DNA from: Dysidea avara
Taxonomy: Eukaryota
NCBI RefSeq assembly: GCF_963678975.1
Contig: NC_089281.1
Span: forward strand, 27,857,151 to 27,921,150
Length of the DNA: 64,000 nucleotides
Direction: 5' to 3'
Each line of letters begins with the position of its first letter. Positions within the stretch are counted from its first letter, which is position 1. Positions 12,201 through 21,159 of this stretch are shown here, piece by piece. A model generated the notes under the pieces. That model had not been told where the DNA came from. It ran no database searches and was given only the letters and a program-made list of their open reading frames with translations. The position numbers were made by a program, and so were the translations under genes.

Positions 12201-14110
12201 ACAGAAGTGAGAGGGAATGAATACCATAACACGGACACTTTGGGATCAACTAAAGTGCTCTGACTATCGAGATGTCTGGATTATCCAGGTAAGTTTATGT
12301 ATTAATTAATGGGCTACTTTGGAGCTTAACTGGCTCACTCACTTTTAGGAATTAATAAAAAGCTCCATTGTAAACATAAGAACTCACTGCTAGTTAAATA
12401 ACCAAATGCAGTGTGCATGTTTAAGTGTCAAATGGTTATCTACTATACTAAACAGCCTCAAAAGTCACAACTTTTGGGTTTGTGTTTAGGTTAGCTTCAA
12501 CAGAAATAGACATACTAATCAACATACAGCATTATGTTTGAATAACAGACTCAATCAGCACTTCAAGATCACCAATTCATCAATTTTAAGTATATATGTA
12601 TGAGACAAAAAAAATTCTTTCTCATACAAAATCAGCGTGCATTGGAAGAATATACTTCTAATTTGCTATACGCTTACAAATTTTTCATATCCATTATCAT
12701 GCATGCACAAGACACATGTATAAAGCCTACAATATTGAAATTTCCTACTTATTTCAAATTCCATGCACAACTGCATAATCACATACCATCCATATACTCG
12801 TCATTCGCTGTCGGTTTTGGTCGCTCTGGTAATGGTGGCGGCGGCGAAGTACTATCTTCATGTCTGCTACTACGATGTTTTCTCCTGGTCTCACTACAGA
12901 AACAGGAGGATATATTCACAAATCTTTACAATATATTTCACTCACTTGTGACTTGATCTTTGAGGAACTTTACCTAGTGCACTGCCAGGAAGTCTAGCAA
13001 TGGCTACCTTAAGACCACTACATTTCATAACAAACAAAAAAAATACAAAGAATAGCTAGTGAGTGTAGATGTCTTACTCTCTCTTGTTAGCATCAGACAA
13101 GCATGGATATGCCCGTAATTGAGATGCTGTCATGCTTAGCAACGTGTTGCCATCAACACGATTACTCCGAAAGTCTTGAGCACAGTCACCAAATCCAACC
13201 TGACACACATACAACACAAAATAACATCAACCATAAACAAATTAGAACTACATAAGTTATTGACAATGGAATTAGATGTATAGTACAACAGGTGTATTTA
13301 CTGGACTTACCACAAATACAATTTCCTTCTATTCAATTATACACATAAAACTCCCTTACACAATACTTGTAAAATGACAATAAATTTACTCCATAAAAAG
13401 AATTTGTCTACACTTCTGGTACTACTTAATACACTGTCAAAGAACCAACAGTTGATACAAGGGCTTCACGTGACAGAATTAAAATTATGATCAATTGCTA
13501 TTTTACGACATGATGCCTCCCAGCACACATTTAACAAGTACATCAATATTGTGAAACCTTTCATGACAAACTCTTAGAAATTAAGGCTAAGAAAAAGATT
13601 GGAGTCTCAACAGGTTCAGCTGAATTGGCTCCATACAATAATAACCTGCATGGAAGAACAGCATTTAGCTGAATGCAGGAAGTCTAAATAGACGATATGC
13701 ACACTTTATTACTCGAACGAAAAATGATCAATTAAGCGTAAACGGCGCAAAACTCAACGGTAACTTAAAAGCAGAAGTCCCATACAAAAGCATGGGAAGC
13801 AAATGCAGCTCGAGCAACAACTCACCACTCGAGCTAAGGGCAGGCCATCTTGCTTGCCATACACTTCTTTCTGTGCTGCGCCGTTTACACTTAATTGATC
13901 ATTTTTCGTTCGAGTAATAAAGTGTGCATATCATCTACTAAAAAGTACACCTCTAAAGGAGGAAATTAAGCCCCTTACATTTTGCAGAAAATTCTCAGTC
14001 CAGAAGTGTTATAGGAAAGGTTTCACTGCTTGTTTGCTTACCTCCTGGAGCCACAGTGCCACATCACGTGCTCCCCAACCCCTGATCTTCTGTTCTGGCT
14101 GATTGTTCAT
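207..14110 (-). CDS. Multi-exon gene for an SLP-76/BLNK-family-like adaptor (SAM, acidic YxxPP exons, proline-rich region, SH2). The 3' end is probably outside or at the very start of the window.
   Basis: Exons read directly with GT-AG boundaries and consistent phases (listed as separate features). N-terminal exon MNNQPEQKIRGWGARDVALWLQE followed by VGFGDCAQDFRSNRVDGNTLLSMTASQLRAYPCLSDANKR is SAM-like. Micro-exons carry DDIYDVPPE, GDVYDVPPEFQYSYPPQEEDYGG, EDNYDPPD, EEDTYEPP and EENYDPPP. The large exon has PPLPP and PRLPDRNTKPS (RxxK). SH2 exons are FPWYRGEIDRRATEAALDKEAT / DGCFIVRDPSKAEEKRLGFYSLSIWHAGKTRHL / RIRCRSDKKYVVGESKEDEK. Not all internal exons between ~8.2 and 12.9 kb were resolved. 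Confidence 0.6.
317..417 (-). CDS. Adaptor gene SH2 domain exon 2: DGCFIVRDPSKAEEKRLGFYSLSIWHAGKTRHL(R)
   Basis: Acceptor tttctcatcag, donor gtacat. 101 nt, ends in phase 2. Contains the FLVR-type phosphotyrosine-binding arginine (FIVRD) and the Y.LS motif. Confidence 0.7.
523..642 (-). CDS. Adaptor gene SH2 domain exon 1: QPAPPPQTQAKPSNPLEQFPWYRGEIDRRATEAALDKEAT
   Basis: Acceptor ttgttcacag, donor gtaagc. 120 nt. WYRGEIDRRATEAAL is the canonical SH2 start (W[YF]hG.I.R..AE.LL). Confidence 0.7.
1385..2545. repeat. Cluster of long palindromes/hairpins sharing the motif aataaagcactc / gagtgctttatt
   Basis: Inverted repeats at 1395-1555 (~45-bp arms), 1683-1760, 1885-1945 and 2395-2545 (~65-bp arms, gccttgctcgtgctatatgaaaa...ttttcatatagcactcgcggctatgc). 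Confidence 0.6.
3835..3935. repeat. ~35-bp tandem repeat x3 (aaccatggctgg.atggtacatttaa.tta)
   Basis: Direct repetition. ORF-track entries 3592..3873 and 3848..4030 are translations of this repeat. Confidence 0.7.
5335..6490. repeat. 75-bp minisatellite, ~15 tandem copies, with one interruption at ~5515-5625
   Basis: Unit gtggtcttattaatgaggtcatgaagtacaccttagctatgtttgggacctacttgacatggtcactataatgag is repeated with few substitutions. It lies in the large intron of the adaptor gene. Confidence 0.9.
6664..6711 (-). CDS. Adaptor gene micro-exon DFSEENYDPPPQIPGK
   Basis: Acceptor ctttcag, donor gtatga. 48 nt, phase 0. Splices in frame to the SH2 exon at 642. Confidence 0.55.
6758..6811 (-). CDS. 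Adaptor gene micro-exon IEEDTYEPPMMHNNNDQE
   Basis: Acceptor tctccag, donor gtgtgt. 54 nt, phase 0. YEPP motif as in SLP-76 tyrosine sites. Confidence 0.6.
6893..6931 (-). CDS. Adaptor gene micro-exon EDNYDPPDIHQQL
   Basis: Acceptor ctctacag, donor gtgagc. 39 nt, phase 0. Confidence 0.6.
7222..8196 (-). CDS. Adaptor gene large proline-rich exon (325 codons) with PPLPP and an R-x-x-K (PDRNTKP) motif
   Basis: Acceptor ttttccggcag at 8198-8197, donor gtaagt at 7221-7216. 975 nt, phase 0 in and out. Low-complexity P/S/K-rich sequence. The PRLPDRNTKPS segment resembles the SLP-76 Gads-binding RSTKP motif. Confidence 0.65.
8733..8829 (-). CDS. Adaptor gene acidic tyrosine-motif exon: DEYDDDDEGDVYDVPPEFQYSYPPQEEDYGGN
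   Basis: Acceptor ttgttgttag, donor gtaaga. YDVPP motif. A nearby 28-nt micro-exon 8587..8560 encodes DDIYDVPPE (acceptor ttgtaag, donor gtgagt). An acidic exon around 9950..9860 encodes QEEDGDGYYDDSFDDTDYDDDD (donor gtgagg). Phase linkage between these exons is not fully resolved. Confidence 0.5.
12946..13017 (-). CDS. Adaptor gene exon: (D)GLKVAIARLPGSALGKVPQRSSH-
   Basis: Acceptor aaatgtag, donor gtgagt. Phase-consistent with the preceding exon. Followed by an exon starting after ctgtttctgtag at ~12900 that encodes ...RRKHRSSRHEDSTSPPPPLPERPKPTANDEYMDG (donor gtatgt ~12774). Confidence 0.5.
13078..13199 (-). CDS. Adaptor gene exon: VGFGDCAQDFRSNRVDGNTLLSMTASQLRAYPCLSDANKR (SAM domain continuation)
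   Basis: Acceptor tgtgtgtcag, donor gtaaga. 122 nt, phase 0 in and phase 2 out. The next exon 13017..12946 (GLKVAIARLPGSALGKVPQRSSH, donor gtgagt) keeps frame. Confidence 0.55.
13672..13935. mobile_element. MITE-like element with ~60-bp terminal inverted repeats
   Basis: gtagatgatatgcacactttattactcgaacgaaaaatgatcaattaag... at the left end and its reverse complement at the right end. Located in an intron. Confidence 0.6.
14042..14110 (-). CDS. Exon 1 (start codon) of the adaptor gene: MNNQPEQKIRGWGARDVALWLQE, donor gtaagc
   Basis: ATG at 14110-14108 (minus). 23 codons, then GTAAGC. N-terminal half of a SAM domain (W..DV..WL pattern). Confidence 0.6.
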
Positions 14111-15092
14111 CTAAACATTAACAGCAAACAAAATTGGTGTGAACAATAATACTTTACGAGTACATCACACGATGCATTAAACCAGGTACAATTATGAACA
14201 AGAAAATTCCGTGAAAAATTTACTATTTTCCTTTGACAAAAGCATCTACTAAGCGGCCTTCTCACAAGTAGACAAAAGCTGCTAGGTTAATTCTATCTTA
14301 CTAGTATGGCAGCCTCTATTATATAACAAATAAGGCACAACAAAGCGAATCAACAAACCTTGTAAACGTCCCGAATATCTTGGCCTTTCGGATAATTAGA
14401 ACCAGAATATCGACTGGTTCGCTAAACTGTGGTATTGTGGTATTCGGTTTGTGTCGGATCACTTTCGATTGATAGATTGATTATGTATGGTAACTTAACA
14501 CAGAAATACCCTCTTATATATGGTGAAACGAGAACTGTAATGTGTGCAAACTAGTCGCATTTGTGTACTTCAATTTGTGACATCACTAACCATAGAGATG
14601 ACGTCAATTATCGCGGATTGCACATCCGTGGTCACCAATGTCTGTGGTGTCACGTGAAAATGAGCCAATGAGAACGAAATTTGAATGGAAGTCCTCACAT
14701 TTGATTGGCTATTTGGTCGAATCCAAAAAAAATTATGACCGGATGTGCAATCTGCCATAGAATGCTAGATTTGTCTGTAACTACACCCTCACGTGCATTA
14801 ATTTTATGTTGCACAACATTGTCATCAATGATAGTTTTCATTCATCTATTATTGATTGACATGGCAGAGGGAAAAAGATAGCTACTCAAGATTAGTCAGA
14901 CCGCTTTTTTTTCTTTTTGTGTGGGGGTGGAGTTAGTCTCGTACCTAGACAGTGTTTTTGTGGGGGCAGAGACACACAAAAAGAAAAATGTGGTCTGAGC
15001 ACAAGACTAACTCAAGATATCAATAGTCCATAAAGCATTAAATTATTTAAATCAGTGTAATGATTTGATCCAGGATGACAAATAGTCTGGTT

Positions 15093-15357
15093 CCGCCCAC
15101 CCCTTCACAAAAAGTAAGGATCTGGTAAAATACAAATACCAAATCATTTCAAAAGACAGCGTATGTTATGTAATGCTTGTTACGTCAGATGATTGCACTT
15201 CAATTCGAGCAAAAGCATTGTGTTGCCAAGGTGATTTCTCTGTGAATCTCATTGGCACGCATTAATTAGCTACCGCCAAATCTGGGCAGTAGAAATGATT
15301 TAGTATTTGTATTTCACCAGACCCTTACTTTTTGCGAAGGGGCAGGCGGCACCAGAC
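15093..15357. mobile_element. MITE-like element with ~55-bp terminal inverted repeats (tagtctggt.ccgcc...)
   Basis: The left end tagtctggttccgcccaccccttcacaaaaagtaaggatctggtaaaatacaaatac mirrors the right end gtatttgtatttcaccagacccttactttttgcgaaggggcaggcggcaccagactag. Additional short hairpin elements lie at 14609-14752 and 14885-15010. Confidence 0.6.
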
Positions 15358-16643
15358 TAGATGACAAAGTATACCATTCCTGCTTCCCATCTTATAAATG
15401 TATAACTATACCCCACTATATTTGCATGCGGCCAATCCATTATAAGATTAGCAGCTCAGTAGCTTTTTAAGCCCCACTATTAAGTTGGCAATAATCATAA
15501 TAAACTGTTTAAAGCATGGTCAAGCTTGTAACTTCATCTTTTAGGTGGCAGGAATAACACAGATGTCAATCCAAGTTCACATGTAAGTTGACACCCTTAT
15601 TAGATCAGAATCTATACAATATGCAAGAAAGACTTGAAAATGATGGAAGAATATAGAATAGTAGTGCTACAGATGTAGCTAAGTGGTGGACAGGAAATTG
15701 GAGTGGCCTAGCTATTATACTAGCCAAAATACTACAGCTGCCTTTTCTGCCATGCATGAGTGTTCCAGAGTGGATTGCCCCTTTTTTATGTTGTGGAACT
15801 AAACTTGTTTGTACCCTCTCCTTGCCAACTCCCAGATTGGACAACATCCCATATTAACTATTGAAAGCCATATAATTACTCAAGTTTGTGTGAACTCCAC
15901 CATGCAGCTATACCTTTTAGTTTGTAGCTGTCTCCTACATACAGTCACTTATATATAAAAATTATAGCTATACTACTCCAGCATGCATGGAGTGATAGGT
16001 TAGCTACCATGCATTTAGAGTTGTAGTGTTTCAATCTAATCAAAATACACACATACATATATAGGTAGTCATCTTCATGCTCAGAAAACTGGCTGCATCA
16101 TGCATGATGTCAGGTGCGGTACACTTAGACTATAACTATGTTGCTATCTTTCATGAGGAAGTGAATGGTAGTATCCACTCTACGATATCACTGCAACAAT
16201 CAGTGGTTACGTGACCAGACAAATATTCTCTTCATCTATACCTAACTGGGTAAGAGACTACAGTCAGTCATGAGTGAACCTGCATCTGACCTGTACCACC
16301 TACACATATGCCGTGCCGTATATTACTAGAGTGGGTGTTTGCTATAGCCAAGCCAAAATTGGAGTCAGACTTAGATAACTAAAATTTAATGTCATTGATA
16401 GTCTAGTGGTCTCGGCAGAATGGGTATGCTAAATGGGGTGCATGGTTTCTAATAGCTCTATCAACCCTGTATGCATAATTAATCTTATAAATATTGTCGG
16501 GGGACAAACTTAGCCAACAAAAATTTACAAGTCCTATATGATTCAGCATGACTGCTCTGTTAGAGTAGTTAATTCCCTCGGACATATTTAGGGGATTTAC
16601 CTCAGCATAGATATAATAAGTATATGACCTCGGGTGCCGGGGA

Positions 16644-18680
16644 ATGGCACTACGTGGGTATTTACTGACAACCGTTGTTACTGGATCATTGGCTGTGTTA
16701 GCCAGTTACTATTTTAATCGCACACCAGAAATACGACAAAATCGTTTCAACTCTGCTTTTGTACCAGCGCAAAGTCAGGCAAGATGGTACGTTGATGGAC
16801 AGGACTACATGTCAGCTGTGGCGGACGCCATTGAGGCAGCTTCAGATGAAATCTTTATCACAGACTGGCAGATGAACCCACACATATTTATGAAGAGACC
16901 AGATACAGGAGTTGATAGTTTGTATTGGCGTCTAGACAAGATGTTACTGAGGAAAGCCTCGAGGAAAGCTGATCAAGGCGGTGTTAAAATCTACATACTA
17001 TTGTATTGGGAGTCAAAGGTACTTGCTGGCATGGATCATGGAAGTGATTTTGTTCAAGTTGTTTTAAAGCATGATAACATCAGTGTGCTTGTCCATCCAG
17101 ATCTAAATACAGCAATCCATCATGGTTTTGAAGGTACTGGTTGGTGGAGTCATCACGAGAAGGTTGTTGTAGTTGATCGTAAAATTGCTTTCGTTGGTGG
17201 AATTGACCTTTGCTTTGGTCGTTGGGATACGCACAGTCATGAACTAGTCGATGATTATCCTGTCCATCCATGTGTTGCTGGAAACAACAATGATTGTGAT
17301 CGATCTGAAGGAAAGGATTTGAAATACTCTCGTTGGATAGGTAAAGACTATGGAAATACCTTTTATGGAGGAGTTAGGACTCAATTAGATCAGTCAATGG
17401 TTGATTATATAGACAGGAGTGAAATTCCTCGAATGCCATGGCATGATGTAGGGTGCTCATTTACTGGTCCACCGGTCCAAGATGTCAGTAAGCATTTTAT
17501 CCAGAGGTACAACAGTCACTCTGCACAGCCCTGGTGGAAGATTTGGGGTGATGAGCCGTTGTACCTTGAAGACAAGGAATATTCTGCAACTCCAGATTCC
17601 ATTGGTTATGACGTTCAGGTTCAAGTACTCCGATCAGTAGACCAGTGGTCAACTGAAGAAGACCACGAAGCTTCTATATACAATGCTTACCTTCATGTCA
17701 TTAATGAATCCAAGCATTTCATCTATATAGAAAATCAATTTTTTATTTCATCACAAAAAGGAGTTTTCTTAAAGGTTAAAAACCAGATATTGTCTGCTAT
17801 AGCTGATAGGATTATTCGTGCATACAAAGATGATGAAGATTTTCATGTTATAGTTGTCATGCCACTAAAACCTGAGTTTCCTGGGGAATGGGAGGCAGAA
17901 AGTGGAAAGGACTTGAGATCAGTTAGCTACTGGAATTATTTATCAATTTACAGTGGAGAAGATTCTCTATACAAGAGACTAGAAAATGGAAAGATTCCTC
18001 AAGACATCATACCTCAGTACTTCAATGTGTATGGACTACGTACCCATTGTACTCTCAATAATAATCTTGTGACAGAAATTATTTATGTTCACAGCAAGAT
18101 GATGGTTGTGGACGATAGGGTGGCTATAATTGGTTCAGCTAACATCAATGATCGTAGCATGCTAGGCTACAGGGATTCAGAAGTAGCAGTGATAATCGAA
18201 GATAGAGAGATGGTTGATGGCAAGATGAATGGCCAACACTTTGAAGTAGGGAAATTCTCCCATAGCCTGCGATGTCATCTAATGAGGGAACATCTTGGTT
18301 TAATGGATGATGAGGAATATGTAACTTCTGACATGAAAGTGGATGATCCTTTAGCTGCTACCAACTTTCTCTTGAAGGTAGCCCAAAGAAACAGTGCCAT
18401 TTATGACCGGGTGTTTGGAGGTAGGATCACTCCCAGTGATCATGTGTGGAATTTAGAAGATCTCACAGAACGATCTGCAATTCCTGGTCTTGTTAACATT
18501 GATTTAAATGAAGCTAAGAAAGAACTCGATAATGTTCAGGGCAGTATTGTCAGTTATCCAGTATTGTTCTTAAAAGACATACTCAAGCCATCCTATTTAG
18601 ATGTGTTAGGTGTGTATGTGGATACTCGTGGCCGTTCAAAAACACTGAATTTTGATGAGCCTGGGACTGTGTTTGTTTAG
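16644..18680 (+). CDS. Phospholipase D with PLD1/2-type catalytic core and two HKD motifs; 678 aa, intronless, N-terminal transmembrane helix, no PX/PH domains
   Basis: ATG at 16644, stop at 18678-18680. HKD1 is WSHHEKVVVVDRKIAFVGGIDLCFGRWDT. HKD2 is IYVHSKMMVVDDRVAIIGSANINDRSMLGYRDSEVAV. The segment FITDWQMNPHIFMKRP...RLDKMLLRKA matches the PLD1/2 core. N-terminal MALRGYLLTTVVTGSLAVLASYYF is hydrophobic. A TATA-like tataataagtatat lies ~30 bp upstream and aataaa ~150 bp downstream. Confidence 0.85.
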   Translation: MALRGYLLTTVVTGSLAVLASYYFNRTPEIRQNRFNSAFVPAQSQARWYVDGQDYMSAVADAIEAASDEIFITDWQMNPHIFMKRPDTGVDSLYWRLDKMLLRKASRKADQGGVKIYILLYWESKVLAGMDHGSDFVQVVLKHDNISVLVHPDLNTAIHHGFEGTGWWSHHEKVVVVDRKIAFVGGIDLCFGRWDTHSHELVDDYPVHPCVAGNNNDCDRSEGKDLKYSRWIGKDYGNTFYGGVRTQLDQSMVDYIDRSEIPRMPWHDVGCSFTGPPVQDVSKHFIQRYNSHSAQPWWKIWGDEPLYLEDKEYSATPDSIGYDVQVQVLRSVDQWSTEEDHEASIYNAYLHVINESKHFIYIENQFFISSQKGVFLKVKNQILSAIADRIIRAYKDDEDFHVIVVMPLKPEFPGEWEAESGKDLRSVSYWNYLSIYSGEDSLYKRLENGKIPQDIIPQYFNVYGLRTHCTLNNNLVTEIIYVHSKMMVVDDRVAIIGSANINDRSMLGYRDSEVAVIIEDREMVDGKMNGQHFEVGKFSHSLRCHLMREHLGLMDDEEYVTSDMKVDDPLAATNFLLKVAQRNSAIYDRVFGGRITPSDHVWNLEDLTERSAIPGLVNIDLNEAKKELDNVQGSIVSYPVLFLKDILKPSYLDVLGVYVDTRGRSKTLNFDEPGTVFV

Positions 18681-19112
18681 TAATGGCTGTAGCAAGTATG
18701 ATGCATTACAATTTATAATCTTGTGAATTTTATGAAGTCGTGTAGTTAAGTAGTTTTTTAGGCTTTTGGCATTTCTTTTTCTACCCCACCATCCTTGTAA
18801 TTTCTGCATGTGCATCCATATTGTGTATAAATAAACCTAAGGCAGCATGTGAGCAGTTGCAATGGTCACACTGCTAGTCATACATTTCAACAAATTTTAG
18901 TAATCAACTGTTCTATTAGAGTAGATGATATCACTTTTTTGTATATAGGCATTCTGATATCTTAAAGATTTTTAGAACAAAGCCACTTCTTTGGGTAAAA
19001 TTTTGGCTATAAGGCCTAATTACACACCGTATTAATTTCTCATCTAGCAATGCAAGCAGGTGGATGTTTAATATTATAGTTCACAAGTCATGATGCAACT
19101 TTTAGTCTGTTA

Positions 19113-19326
19113 CAGTGGAACCTCAGTAAACCGGAGTCTTGGTTAACCAAACTATGGAAATGACTGCTTTATTAGAGTAGTGACTATTCTATTAGGGTAA
19201 TTGATAATACTGAAATTTTTGAAAATGTCATTTTAGAGGTTATTTATACAGTTTCAGAGATATGGACTTTTCAGACTTATGGACTGCCCCTGGTCCCAAC
19301 AGGTTCGGATAACTGAGGTTCCACTG
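19113..19326. mobile_element. MITE family A (TIR cagtggaacctc...gaggttccactg), copy 1
   Basis: Terminal inverted repeats with the internal motif ctattagagtagtgactgctctattagggta. Copies 2 and 3 lie at 29119-29349 and 52783-53195. Confidence 0.65.
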
Positions 19327-19660
19327 TACTAAAAAAGTCGCTTGATAGCTGCATTCATCCATTAATGGTTCATTGATGCAGTAAGGAAAACAGCAAAGCA
19401 GGAAGATAAAAACTATGATTAATTTTACCTGGCCTAACAAGGGAGTGAGAATTCTTACTGCAACATAATTATTTTAATAGGTCCAGTATTTGTGACCAGT
19501 TCCAGCGTACATAATTAAAGGAAACATGATAACGCATAGTATGTTGTGATATATATATATATATCTGGCTTACATAAGATGATGTAGGAAATGATTAAGA
19601 GCATAATGTGATGATATAATACTATACAATTTCATACCAATACCAATACATACACAAACT

Positions 19661-20701
19661 TCAAGCGATCGCTATTGCCTTCTCTATCCATTGAGCACAC
19701 TCAGCAAATTTACTGCCAGAGACAGACCTCTCCTGGAAGAATTTCATCAGACTTTTGTATCTAGCCAGAAATTTGAACTGAATGGCAAATTGTAGTTTTC
19801 TGAGACACACAGGACACAGGAAGGAAAATGCCCGGTCACCCTCTTCAGCATTATTACTGCCGTTCATTAGACATGAGAAGTAGACACAATGCTGTAGTCC
19901 AAACATGTGTCCAATCTCATGAGTTAAAACTTTAATAGCTCTCCACTGTAATAACTGGTATTCGTCTGGTGTTAACTCATGTAAAGTGCTAACTTCAATA
20001 CTTTTAGCACCATTGAAGAAGTTTGGGTGATGTCTTGCAAAGCTGAACACTCCAATCCTATCCTGCAACATTGCCCTACCAAATACGAAGTTCCAACTTT
20101 CCTTTGGGTATAGATCAACCATCGTGACTCCCAAGACGCAGTAGGCATCTTCTGGAATCATGTTTTTCATAAAAGTAAATATCCCAGGAACGTGGAGTTG
20201 TGGACGTTTGACACCTTCACTGACTGTGTGGTTTCTAGTGCTACACTTCAACTTTGCCAAGGGGACTTCTGTCAGTAATTTGACATTCATGCTAGCAAAA
20301 AATAATTTTGTATAAACCTCCAAGTCACTGAGAAACGTCATTCCTGAACAGCCCCCGTCTTTTGGTTTAGCGGTAGCTGAATGGCTTCCTTGGCTTAAAA
20401 ACTCCCCCAGGGGAAGAATGTATATTGTGTTTCTTGTGCTAGTGACATCGTTCCTGCTCAGTTTTGTCTGCCATGTTAAGAACGGTTCCGGTGGAGTTGG
20501 GTGGTTTCTCAGCCAGTCGTCAGGACCTGGCTTACCAAGGTGAGGAAATAACACGTGTGTACCGTCAGTACACTTCTTCAAGTATTCGTTAAACCGCTTG
20601 AACTTCTTTTCTAGCGCGAAATCCAAGTGCAACGCGTCCGCTATCTCTCTCACATCTGGCGAGCCGGAGGCATCTGGTGTGATAAATTCCTTTGTGGCCA
20701 T
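19661..20701 (-). CDS. Archaemetzincin-like zinc metalloprotease (AMZ family), 346 aa, intronless
   Basis: ATG at 20701 (minus), stop at 19661. Zinc-binding HEIGHMFGLQHC followed by FSCLMNGSN and CPVCLRKLQ, the metzincin HExxHxxGxxH plus Cys-rich signature typical of archaemetzincins. Confidence 0.8.
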   Translation of the reverse strand: MATKEFITPDASGSPDVREIADALHLDFALEKKFKRFNEYLKKCTDGTHVLFPHLGKPGPDDWLRNHPTPPEPFLTWQTKLSRNDVTSTRNTIYILPLGEFLSQGSHSATAKPKDGGCSGMTFLSDLEVYTKLFFASMNVKLLTEVPLAKLKCSTRNHTVSEGVKRPQLHVPGIFTFMKNMIPEDAYCVLGVTMVDLYPKESWNFVFGRAMLQDRIGVFSFARHHPNFFNGAKSIEVSTLHELTPDEYQLLQWRAIKVLTHEIGHMFGLQHCVYFSCLMNGSNNAEEGDRAFSFLCPVCLRKLQFAIQFKFLARYKSLMKFFQERSVSGSKFAECAQWIEKAIAIA

Positions 20702-21159
20702 CTCGTGCGCGCCCTTATTTTCGAATTTGGCGGACGGCGCTGGTCTTACATGTCATCATGTCACATGATGGCATTACATAAAGGTGTTTTCCATCCACGA
20801 TGGTTTTTTCTTTACAACCTCATTGCATTCAAAAATATGCTGAGTGTCGGACCACACTTGACATTGGTTTTACTCATTGGTACAACTTAAACAAACAAAT
20901 AGTTTATCCATATAGCTATGTAAAAGGATTTTAGATACAGAGCTATTCAGCTAGTTTTATACGTTGTATACTGTGCATGGGCTGCAGAGTCTTACAGTGA
21001 GGTGTTGTAGTTAATGTTTGCATTTAATAAAGCTTCTGCAGGAATGGACAAGCTTTCAGCTGCAGTTACAAGTTTATTCTATACAGCTCAACCGAATCGT
21101 TTTGAGTCCTTTGCACTAGTTTATGACAGGCAAAATGGTATGTTGATGGGCAAGACTAC

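Noticed and set aside
17080-17271. 63-aa minus-strand ORF inside PLD1, and 22039-22227 / 22526-22732 inside PLD2
   Set aside because: Antisense ORFs nested within strongly supported PLD coding sequence.
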